A stretch of 64,000 bases of DNA from Trichosphaerium sp. ATCC 40318 (taxonomy: Eukaryota > Protista > Tubulinea). The stretch lies in contig JALMLS010000313.1 of NCBI GenBank assembly GCA_038496445.1, positions 1 through 64,000 on the forward strand, written 5' to 3'. A model generated the notes under the pieces. The model had not been told where the DNA came from, ran no database searches, and saw only the letters and a program-made list of their open reading frames with translations. Both the position numbers and the translations under genes were made by a program. This document shows, piece after piece, positions 1 through 10,928 of the stretch. Positions within the stretch are counted from its first letter, which is position 1. The number at the start of each line of letters is the position of its first letter.

Positions 1-3000
1 ATGATCATCACCATGTATTTCTTTACCTTTTCTTCTTGTAACGACAAGTGCTTCAGTGAGCATCTTCAGCTTTTGGAATTGAGCTCGAGCTAATAAAGCC
101 TAGCGTTCACTTAATACCCAATAACTTCTACTCTGTGCTTACCTTTGCAATAGAGTAATCTGTACGCGCAACATCGAGTGGTTGAGAGCTGATAACTGCG
201 TGAGCTCGAGGTAAAACCAAACATCACAAAAAACGAACCTGACTTCGAAATAATGTCTTGCTCGCAAATAGATTTCTTCACATCCTTCGTATTTCGCTAT
301 TTCTTCCAAGAAAGAACCTACCTTGTAAAACAACTTGCCAACGATAACATCTAAACCTATGAGTAAGTATACTTCATGGAATACTAAAAAGAGAACCGTT
401 TGGAAAAGAGTCTCCTCTGTTAAGAGATTGTCTATATGCGTCCACAACATCTATAGAAGAATTGGCTTCAATTGCTCTCCAGTAGCGGAATAGATCGTAT
501 TTATGCTCTTGAGTAAACAGCTTTACGAATAGCCTACAACACTATTAACGTTGATTCATATTAAGAAGTTTTCAATACCGTAAATTAGTGAGAACATCTT
601 TGAGTTTGAAAAAGTCAGAACACTTTTCGAGTTGCCTAAACAGTCAATCATGTTAATACACATCTTAACAACAAGTACATACCAAGGTATTTCCTCAACT
701 TTGCGCATTGTGATACCTTCTGTGTTCTTTTCAAAGAATACGGCTAACATCTTGTTAGTTGTTTGATTATAAATATTAAGTCCGTACCAAGGTCTTCGTG
801 AACTTGTTTCTTATTTGATTCGTTCTTCATGTAACGTACACCGACAGCACTCCTGATATCTTCGTTAGAGAAGTTAAGTAATCCTCCTGAGTTGAATAGC
901 AAATCTTCAACTACAGAATAAAGCGAAGACCACTCTGATATATCAATGCCTGTCAAACATGTTAACATCTAGTAAACGTTTCCTTTGTTACCTTTAGCAG
1001 TTAAGAGTGGGCCAAGTTCATTTTCCAAGTGCAGACCCCGTCTAGAACCCCATATGTACGACTGAAACAATGAGGATTAGATCTTTCTGAGGACTATTAC
1101 TTACCATAAAGTATTGTACGATTCCCTTTCTCTTTGAGTCATAATCATGTTCTAAGCGCTCGAGTACAATCTCGTATAGCTCACTCGCAGAGGCAGCACG
1201 AAGATTTCGACTATAAACGGTCAGTAGGCGAGTAAATCGCAAAATGAAAATCATACCAGATACGTTCGTCTAGCTTTTCAAAGTGACCCCACACAGATAT
1301 ATCTTCAAGTAGAGTCTAGCGAATATGTTTAAAACAGAACAATAAACTTTTGTGTAGATTACCTGTAGGTATCGGGGGATGCCAGTCTGCTTGACTTTTG
1401 CAATTTTAAATTCTTGCTCTTCTGATAGCTTCTTGCTGTTCAAATCCAAACACTTTCTAATGAATGCGATCCTATCTGCTTCTTCCAATGGCTCCATATT
1501 CAACACTTCATAACCTCTCTTTACTATCGCATTCATAGCTTTTCCTGGCGCTACAGCTAGAATGACACGAACAATAGGTGGAAATTGCATTGGAAACCAA
1601 AGCATCTCAGAAGCATTTCCGAAATCATCTAAACGATCTAGACCATCTATAACGATAACCAACCGCTTCCTCTTATTGCCTACAACATGTCAATTATTTC
1701 GAAAAAATCGAATGGTTAGCGTACGGTTCAAGGTGCGTTCAAGCCAGTGAGGAAACTCTGCGGTCAAAAGGTCTGGGTTTGAAGGAATATCTTTTGTGAA
1801 ATCCTGTAATGCGTCTTGCACTTCGTTCATGATTCTGGGGTTCATTAGACTAGTAAAAACGTGTATAGTTTACCTGGTTAGTAAGCTAATATAATTTGAG
1901 GACGAGGAAGAACAACTGATATAATGTTCTATTACAATCTCTTCCTGGCGGTGCGCTACGAGGGAATAACAGTTAGCATAGTTTTTTTAACATGCGTATC
2001 ATCTAATTACCTCTAAATCTTTGAGTCCAATTTGCGAGCAACGCCGATTTACCAAGACCACTCTAAACAACATTAGTATTTGTAATGTATTTTCACGTGT
2101 TTAAAATTGATTACCTCTCCAATAACAACAAAAGGAGTAGAAGTATTACTTGATGTATATTTATCTAATAATAAAAAGTATTTTTCTTGAGGTAAATAAA
2201 CACGTGTCAAACGTCTGCTGTAAGAACGATGTCTGAATTTTTCCTTCTTCAAAGGATCCAATTTTACACCTGAAAGGAATTAGTGAACAACTTAAAAGCT
2301 GTCAACGTACCCTCAGGGTAGTGACGGTTGATGTAAGTTGTCAAATGGTCTTCAAGCAACTCTGATAAATGGCTTGGTCTAAAATGATGTGAGCAACTGT
2401 AGATGGCCGAAGACGCACCTGTGGTACTCATAGCACGCTGTAGGTCCACCTGATACTTCTTTTTTGAGGCTGTTCAGTTTTTGAAGTTGCTCTCCTCCTT
2501 CAGAAACGAACAAAGCTCTGTCCTTCTCAGGTACACTAAAAGAATACAAAGTTAAGGCGTACTTTAAAATACTTGCTTTGCTACGTACGCTTCAACATAA
2601 TATTCATCTCGTAGATAGAACATACTAGATTTTTCAGGGCCAGTATAGTGGTTACCCAGAATCTAGTAGGAATGAGATGTGAAGTTTAAAAAACTCAAAA
2701 ATATCAGTACCATTCTCCACTCAATCTCTGTGACTGATCTGTCTTTGTAGTTTCTTATCCATGGGAAATCACGTGCTGCAAGATCGATTGAACGATTCAG
2801 TAGTTTATCTTGGGCTGTAGGATTCTGGTAACTCTTGGAAGATAGACACCAGCCATAACGTGCACCGTAGAGTCCCAAAAAGATGTTTGACTTTTGAATT
2901 TCACGAAGACACATAAGAAGAGTAGCTGCTTGTTCAGTAGCATTTTCCGTAACGCCCCTATTGATTGGGTTTACAACAAACCTCAAGAAGAAAATTGCGT

Positions 3001-4458
3001 TCGTACCAACGAAGATCAACGACTGTCAAGAAAGCTTCACGCTCCATGCACTTACGACGTAATTTTGGAATAATATGCTTAACGATTGAATCTCGCTCTG
3101 CTTGGAAATCCTATACACTTAAATGAGGGATATAGTAAAGAGTATAGATGTAAAATGACAGTACCTTGAATGGAGAAGATATAAAGATTTTAATCTCTCT
3201 ATCTGGATCTGCAACTCCTTCGATAACTTTCGACTGATTGTTAGCTACATGCTCAATAGCTCTATTAACATTATTCTGGAATGTTTGTCCGTTGTTGTGC
3301 ATTAGTGCAGGTTGGGTTTTTGGAAGAGGAGCTACGTATTCGTTCACTTAAGGAAATTAGAATAAATGTATTGTAACTGTACTTACCTTCCATCTCAAGG
3401 CCATATTGAGCGCCAGTTTGTATACCAATGGATTTTAACAAGTTGATCTCATTCTGCAATTGAGAAATGCTTCTCATCATATTCTTCACGTGAGATATAG
3501 CAACGGGGTCACCAAGTTTAGTAACTGAGTTCCCATCTGAAAATTACACTCAATTATGAACCTAAAATACAAAGACTTCACAAACATACCATAGAACGTG
3601 AATAGCACACTGCCACTGTATGTTCTTCCGCCATCTACTGATACTGCTACATGTACTGGTTTAGGCTAAACAATCTCCGTTAGTAAGCTACATCAGGGAC
3701 ACTATTGTCAGGTACCAATATCCGTCTAGAGCGGGTGTCAACTTTAACCTAACCGTTGTACTTGAGTGCTTGAGTAATGACATTAGATAAAAGTACCAGT
3801 ATATTAGATGAAGCATGCCACTCAACGTCTGTAAAGACATGTTTGCCAAACTTAACTTTTGTGTTTTTCGACGGTTTAAAATTTAAACCGTACAAACTGA
3901 CGTGGTACACGCCAGATATTGGGCCTTTTGGAGGAACAACAAGGTTCACACAACAAACTAGGGAGTGTCAATTCGTAGTTGTTGTGTTGTTTTTCACCGA
4001 AGCGTTGTTTGGTGAGTAAGTCGTACCATTGCTGGTAGATGCGTGTATCTTAGCGATTACTGCCTTTTTCTGTTCTGGCTTTTTGCTTTCTTTCTTTTCA
4101 TGCGAAAGGAGTGCCTTAGTAACGTATTCAGGCGTAACTGTACTGTTTTAGTCGGTTTAAAGATGTTTGAAACGTACTTATTTGTACGCCAAGCTTTTTG
4201 GCACTTGTTATTTTGAATCCACCTTCTTTGAGTGTACGCGCAGGAGTTACAAGGTGAGTGACCTATAACTTGTCAGTTTAATTTTAGCTTTTTGCGTACA
4301 GACGATCCAAACACAAGTGCTGTGGTACCACCATGTTTGGTTATTAATTTTGTCAACGTTTGCTGGTCACTCAAGCTAATGTTGTGAAAATTAACAACAG
4401 CACCTTCAAAAGGGCGTGAAAGTGACCCGGAGGCCCGTTGGCGTGTTTGAAGGCGCAT
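1..4458 (-). CDS. Multi-exon STAND/NACHT protein: BRCT + IPT/TIG + DUF4062 + NACHT (NPHP3/TEP1/NWD-like core); 3' end runs off the window
   Basis: Spliced exons give a BRCT-like N-terminus (PFEGAVVNFHNISLSDQQTLTKLITKHGG...VTHLV) and an IPT motif (VVPPKGPISGVYHVSLYGLNF). DUF4062 follows (IKIFISSPFKDFQAERD...VDLRWGVTE...CLREIQKSNIFLGLYGARYGW...SVTEIE), then a Walker A (VVIGESGLGKSALLANW) and a Walker B (VIVIDGLDRL). Confidence 0.85.
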
Positions 4459-4959
4459 TACGTTTGCTCAGAAAGTACTTATTGATTGAACTTCGCTTAA
4501 CGGTTTTTTTCTGGAAATTCGCAATGCCTGACACGTAATACGAACCCTCAAAGGTAAAATGTTTCATTAACCCTGGCCATGTTTATTTGGCTAAGAATGT
4601 CAAAAAAAATGTATCACAGCTTTAAATGAAACACGACATGTCTTCATAGTTTCTCACAACGTGTGATAAACTGCCGTCTGTCATTTCATTTACTTTGACT
4701 ATGTCAAGTGAAGAAAGTTTGAAGGCAGTTGGCACAAATAAAAAGAACAAAGGCAATGTTATTAGACGAAAAACAATTTATTATGGTTACAGTAATTGAT
4801 AATAGTCAGAAGCGTTGAGTATTTTGTAAAAATGAATAAATTATTTGAACGTTGCACACCCTGACTTGTAGGTACATACATAAACAGAAAGTTATTGTCC
4901 TGAATTAAAAAAAAAGAATGATAATACGTACCGCAAAAGAATCAAAAGAGAAATCCAAA

Positions 4960-5282
4960 GGTGGAACATAAAAATAAAGTAAGTATTTGATAGAAAAAAA
5001 AAGAAGCTAAGACATACCGATTGCAAAGCAATCGTAAAAGCAGTGCCATGAGTGAATACCAAGAGGCAATGCCTACAGTACGTGGCAATAGGAATTCCAA
5101 GATTGGGTGCCAAGAGGGAACGCCAAGAGTGAGAACATAAATAAAGTTAGCACTTGATTAATAAAAATAAAGTTAGGTAGATACAAAAAACAAAGAAAGG
5201 TAAGACGTACCGATTGCAAAGCAATCGAAAGATCATGCCAAAAGTGAGCGCCAAGAGTGAATACCAAGACCAAGTACCTAGA
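4960..5282. repeat. Imperfect tandem duplication of an exon+intron unit, each copy with the palindrome CGATTGC-AAA-GCAATCG
   Basis: accgattgcaaagcaatcg occurs at about 5016 and 5208, each followed by gagtgaataccaaga. On the minus strand both read as exons ending ...IALQS|GTAYGT. Confidence 0.7.
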
Positions 5283-5317
5283 ACGTAAGCAAATTGTATA
5301 ATGTATTTTATTTTTTG

Positions 5318-5400
5318 GAAGCTATTTCAGGTTATTGAAGAAGAGCTATTTCAAAGAAGTGCTATTTATAAGAAGTGCTAATTTAAGAAGTGCTATAAGA
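5318..5400. repeat. Short degenerate tandem repeat (AAGAAGTGCTATTT-like, about 5 units)
   Basis: gaagctattt...gaagagctatttcaaagaagtgctatttataagaagtgctaatttaagaagtgctataaga. Confidence 0.7.
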
Positions 5401-6212
5401 TCCTATGACAAAAGGAGTTAGCAACGAAGGCGGCACTATAGTGCTACTGAAGGCTTTGTCTGATGTTGCTTGGATGAACTAGACAGGAACCTAAATAAAA
5501 AAAGAGTTATCGAAAAACTAGCAAGCCCCTCGTCGTTTGTGTTGCCAGAAAATCTGAAACAATTGTTAGTAAATACAACGTACATGCTAACGCGTAAGCT
5601 TTGAAGTTACGTTCAAGAGTTGCGCAAACTCTTAAAGCTGCCTCCTCCTCTCGGAATGTGTCCTCGAAAATGAACACTGATACTATAGTTAAAGCTCTCT
5701 CTGTGAGAGCTGGCTTGTTTGTCAGGAAGACTATTCGCTCCCAATGCATGTTAGACAGCCATTCTAACAGGGAACACTCCTTATCATCCTCAACTAGGTC
5801 AGGGAAGTGCCGCCCAAATGTGAGGTCTGTTGTAGCTAGCATGTAGAATGCTAGGTGACAGTGCTCGGACGCTATTTTACTGTAACGCTCTCGTATCAGT
5901 CTGCCCTACTGTACTACCCTATCCTGCTGCTCTTGCCTGTTCTGACTCGCAAACTTCCATACCGTGTACAAAACTAAAACGGTTAAAAGACACGTACATT
6001 CAAGTCCCAAAAGTTGCTTCTGATAGATAACAATTTATCTACACTCCCGTTAACATCCAAATTAAATCTGGAGTCACAGTGCTGCAGGTAGTTGCGTTGT
6101 ACAGCAAGTTCGTCTACAACACTCTTCGCTACTGATTCACTAGAAGCAAGGCATTAGGATCTGTTTGTAGGAACACTAACCACTTGTCTAGGAATATAAA
6201 GCTGGTGTTACT

Positions 6213-6350
6213 GGGAAGGTGCTCGTGGCTGGTAAGAATCTGGAGGATTGCTGTCTACGAGCTTAACCAAAAGTCGGCAAGAGTGCTACAAACGCGTAGC
6301 AACATCACGTTTACAAACCTATCGGATTGGTTGTCTTTCTGCAACACGTG
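6213..6350 (+). other. About 140-bp fragment of a family X paralog inserted in antisense orientation
   Basis: ggaaggtgctcgt...ctgcaacac matches 19364-19500 closely and lies opposite to the minus-strand host gene. Confidence 0.85.
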
Positions 6351-7037
6351 TTTGCAAAATACTTGCAGACTTCATGTTCAGCTAGTGTATGTTAGCAATC
6401 GAAAGCGTTAAAAAGTTTGGGTGCCTATTTGTTCAGATCATCTAGACCCCACTAGCGAGCCTCTCACAATCCACAAGATCTTGAATTGGTGGACTCTACA
6501 AAAATAAAGACTAAGAAAACCAATAGTAAACTTGTTCTTCGTACCAAAACACCGCACTCAGGTGTTGGTCTTAGCCCTTGTATCTTCCTAGCATCGCTTG
6601 CTTATACAGGTTATCAGTAGCTTAGTTTGATAATTTGTGTAACATACGTGTCCAAGGTCATAGCATATGTCAGTATCATGGTAAGCTGTTTGTGCCAAAA
6701 TATCTGAAAAAAAGTGAGTCATGCGAAATTTAAGCAAACTACTCTAAAAATTGCACTTGTAGTCTTACATTGATTTGTAACGTGTGAAGCCTACGTGGAT
6801 ACCTCAAACCTAGAAGGCAGATCTGAGAAAAAAAAAGTAGAATTCCAAAACTTGAGCCTAATGAACAAATGCAATATTGACGTGTTCTCGTTAACTAATA
6901 AGAATAAACCTTATTTTACGTACCTATCGATTGTACCTTATTATATACTAATACGAACAGTTTAGTTAAATATACTATAAACGAGCCTTGGTGAGGAGTT
7001 GCTAGCTGTTGTTTAGAAGTGTTTAAAGTTTGAATCT

Positions 7038-7078
7038 TGCTTCACGTGGTATTTGAGCACTAAATAGCACGTGAAGCA
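7038..7078. promoter_or_regulatory. Palindromic hairpin with two CACGTG boxes, upstream of a family X gene
   Basis: tgcttcacgtg-g-tattt-gagcact-aaata-g-cacgtgaagca; a related copy lies at 57021-57060. A regulatory role is inferred only. Confidence 0.4.
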
Positions 7079-7744
7079 TGTTGCTGTGTCTTGTTAAACC
7101 CGTATGCAAGAAAGGGTGGTTGGCGGTTTAGCGTTCAACGCAAGGGTTTTCACGTGAGTTTTGTGATTAAAATGGCTACAAGTGCACGTATTTACAGAAT
7201 GGCACAGCGTGTACATGAGACCATAAGCACAGCATAGAAAACAGCTGTGGGTTGGAATAATTGTTTTAGAGTGACGATTTTCATGAGAACGTTTCCGCTT
7301 TTCGGTGTGAACGAAAATTTCTGTTTAATCTTTGCTAGCCACCAAGTACTTTTTTCCTATTTTAAATACTTCCAACCTGTTTAAAATACAATTTTGTATC
7401 GATTTATAGCCCAAAGCGTGCCTTTGAGGGCTTTTAAGCGATATAATTGTTGCAAAAAAAGGTTGTACAACCACGCAAAGTGAGGTTCATACTTTTTCGT
7501 AACCCGTCTCGCCCTAAACAATCATTCAAACGCCTTTGAATGTCTAAACAGCTATACTACGTAAAAAACATATACAGAGGCGGAAAGGTTTAACTTAAAA
7601 ATGTCAAATTGCTTGTAAAAATAGTAACAATACAACGTGTCATCGAATAGTCAGGCTAATTGAAAAGCAAGTAAACACTCAAAGTAGTAAATACGTAAGA
7701 AATAGTAAAATAAAACCGAGAAAACAATACGTTTATTTCAGAAC

Positions 7745-8330
7745 TCATTGTTGATTAAGGACACGAACAAGTTTACCAATACATTCTGCCAAAGCGTTCA
7801 GATTAAATTTAAAATTACTGCGAGTCAAGAGATCCCATTGGACTGCCAGCTCATCTACAACCTCCCTAGTAACTGCTTTTGTAAGTTGCGCAGCACTAGA
7901 GTCGGTTTGCATAAACAACAACCACTCTTGTAGGCACGCAAAGCTGATGTTGCTTTGGTTTTTTAGGAACTTTCCTGCCTTTTTGTTTAGCTCAGCTAGA
8001 GCGCCACAAACTAGCCCCTCACCGGTCACAAGATCTTGAATTGGTGGACTCTACAAAATAAAGACTAAGAAAAACAATAGTAAACTTGTTCTTCGTACCA
8101 AAACTTTGCACTCAGGTGTTGGTCTTAGCCCTTGTATCATCCTACGATGGGCCAGGTTAATATCAAAAGAGAATGAAAAGAAATTAGAATTCGTCCAACA
8201 CGTACTCCAGCTCTTCTTTGGTGAGTTCAATGCCGTTGATAACCTTGTACACTTTATTGCTCCTACACAACATCTTACAAATGCAATAAAATGACACTAT
8301 GAAGCCGCACTTGTTCTCGTTTGTACTCAT
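7745..8330 (-). CDS. Family X short form (about 141 aa, 4 exons), function unknown
   Basis: Three GT-AG introns give MSTNENK|SNKVYKVINGIELTKEELE|MIQGLRPTPECKVL|SPPIQDLVTGEG...AELNKKAGKFLKNQSNISFACLQEWLLFMQTD...ELAVQW. Intron positions and phases match 19064-19662. Confidence 0.75.
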
Positions 8331-8800
8331 GGTCGTATTGTAGAGTGATAGTAAAGTAAAGTCTTGACAAGTTGCTTTCTGTTAGACAAGATCCGATGTT
8401 TAAGTTGTCTGTTTAAGTTGTCTGTTTAAGGCAGCTTTCTAAGTCTGCTTGTCCATCTTACATTCCTCACACTGACATTGTTTGGCTTCTAACTTGTTAG
8501 TACATTCATCAAAAAGCAGCTGTTTTTCTGTTTAAACTGATTTACAACAGTACATCCTGCCTATGTACCGCGCATGGTGCACACGTTTGCTAATTGTTAC
8601 GCAGCTTCAGTTTTAACACTCATGTTAACCTACTAGACACAGCATGAGCAGGAGAAAATACAGGGTACATTTTGTTAACAACGCGAGTCCGTAGCATTTT
8701 GTGTTACTTTATGCGCTTACAAAGTGAAATCACAACAAAAGTCGTCTGTGAAAGTCATTTATTGGCTATTAAACCTATGGAACCATTTCTTATCACCACA

Positions 8801-10618
8801 TTACTCTTCACTTTCCTCTTTAGAGGACTTGTTAGATTTAGAAGACTTCTCTTCCTTTTTGGAAGATTTATCGTCTCCAGCTTCTGATTTCGCTCTACGA
8901 GAGCTCTTCTTACGACTGCTTCTTGATGCACGAGCAGTTACAGGTTTCCCATTAGAGGATACCTCATCTTTGCTATTACCACGTGCGCTACAACATGTAA
9001 CTGTAAACAACAGATTGTATATTTTAGATTCACTCACCTCTTAGTACGCCTATGAGACCTCTCTTGCTTTGCACCAGTCGCCATTGTATTCCGTCGCTTC
9101 TTTTTAATAGCTTTAATATCTGGAATAATGAGACGCTTATCTGGTGGCGGTTTGGTGCATGGTGCAGAGATGACTAGATAAAAGATCAGTAACAAACCAA
9201 TTTTGAACAGAAAAATACTGTACGTACCATCTTTAAGCATGAATTCAAGGTAGCGCTTCGCGTAATCGGAAGCAGGTACAGTGGATAGAGTATCTATGGA
9301 TTGTATTTTAGTGTAACATGCAAATAAAGTATATTTCGCGCACTCTCTTTCCACAAGGTACGTTTGAACATGTTGGCCAGTTTTTTTTTCGCGGAGAAAT
9401 TTGTGAGGCAATCAATAATACCCATTACGTAGACTTCGTTGTATTCGCCTTCCAAATTGAACCCTCTGTAAATCTTAAAGCCTCGGAACCTTGCAGTGAT
9501 GTTAAAACAATAAATAAGTATTTTTCCAAGCATACTTTCTCTTATTCTTGTTGTACTGTTCCTCGGTGTATACGCCAGCGAGTAAACTATAATCCATCAC
9601 ATTACAACCTTGTAATAGCTATAGTTATCGAGTTAGCGCGGTTTTCCTCGTTTACAAAATAAGATAGTGTTACTCGCCTGAACATCTGCATAGATTTGTG
9701 CCAGGTAATGCTTGTGATCCTGCCAGCGTTTGAAAGTAAACTGACGAGTAATTTCGTTATCTTTACGAATATTGTCGGCAACAGGTGCGCGATCATAAGG
9801 ACCTTTGGCTGGCTTTGGCTTACGACCCTAGGAGCTTGTTGAAATTAAAGTGAAAAGAAGGACTCTTACTTTTAAGTCGTATTTCTCTTTTGTCTGGCAT
9901 AATGTCAGCGTTACGTGTAGCAGATGTATGTAGTACCTTGACTTTAGGAAGTAAGTTGCCCATCACAATAACCCAGACCTTTTCTCCTTCAATCTCAATG
10001 CGGTTTAATGCGTAAATGCGCATCATAAACGATTTTTTGTACTTTTCGAGGTGCTGACAAAAGTTATTTTTTTGCGAACAAAACATTATAAAAGAGCTCC
10101 TTGACGCACTTGCACATATTGAGGTAGCATATGAAGTAAAGTACCAACTTCGTCATGAATAAGAGTTTTAAAAAAGAACCTTGTGTCTGTTGTCAAGAAG
10201 AAGCGTGAACCAGAGCGACTCGCGACATTGTCACCTTCCAATGCGGCCTCTTTTGGAACTTCCCACGATTTCTATTGAGGACGCGTTAGCGAAGTCACTA
10301 AAGCTACTAAACGACGTACGAGAAAGCTTTCATGGTCAATACCGTTTAACATTCGTAGATGACGAAATACTTGAGGCGCATAGTCCTTGTATGCAACCTT
10401 ACCGCTACTATTATCGCTTAGAACAAGTATGTAAAAGAAAAATCGCACTTTGTTGTATCAACTGTATCATTTTCCTCAACATGGTACTCCGTAGCGGTTA
10501 AATCTTCTACGATGTTATTTTCAGCCTCTGAAACCTAGATTTTGTTACAACCTTTTATTCTAATGGCACTTACCATCTTTCTGATGGCTTCAATTGTACT
10601 AACAACAAACGAGGACAT
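8801..10618 (-). CDS. Phosphatidylinositol phosphate kinase (PIP5K fold, type II/PIP4K-like signature) with Lys/Ser-rich tail
   Basis: Motifs YKDYAPQVFRHLR, SRSGSRFFLTTDTRFFFKTL, YDLKG, VMDYSLLAGV, VYVMGIIDCLT and STVPASDYAKRYLEFM are spread over multiple exons. Confidence 0.9.
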
Positions 10619-10928
10619 GGAGGACTTCTCGTGCGATTACTACTTACGAAAAAAATAGACCAAATAAACGCTTGTTGTAGCAAAAGCGCGTAAAAAGGAC
10701 AACAATGAACACGACACGACAGACCAATAATGCAACTCTAATAAAAGTTCTTTTATTGGCTGCTGAGGCGGGATGCTTCCCTGGCATGCTGCTAGGTTGG
10801 CAAACGACTTAAGCTAGGTAACGTTGGCGTCGGTAGAGTATTTGAAACATTTCGCCAAAACTAGCCAAAACCTGTCCTGTTTTACTTACGCAGCTTAATT
10901 GTTGAATTTTTATGCAGAGCACTTTATT

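Larger units (their letters stand above)
4900..6710 (-). pseudogene. Family X long-form member, disrupted by frameshifts, stops and an inverted insertion
   Basis: Contains KIQGLRPTPECGVL|SPPIQDLV, near-identical at DNA level to 8027-8140. It continues LNMKSASILQTR / SNTSFIFLDKWLVFLQTDPNA / SVVDELAVQRNYLQHCDSRFNLDV and then a C-terminal exon RERYSKIASEHCHLAF (ORF 5507-5842). Boundaries are approximate. Confidence 0.7.

Noticed and set aside
5016-5230. Two palindromic CGATTGCAAAGCAATCG repeats as CRISPR or operator sites
   Set aside because: Only two copies, explained by a duplicated exon-intron unit.
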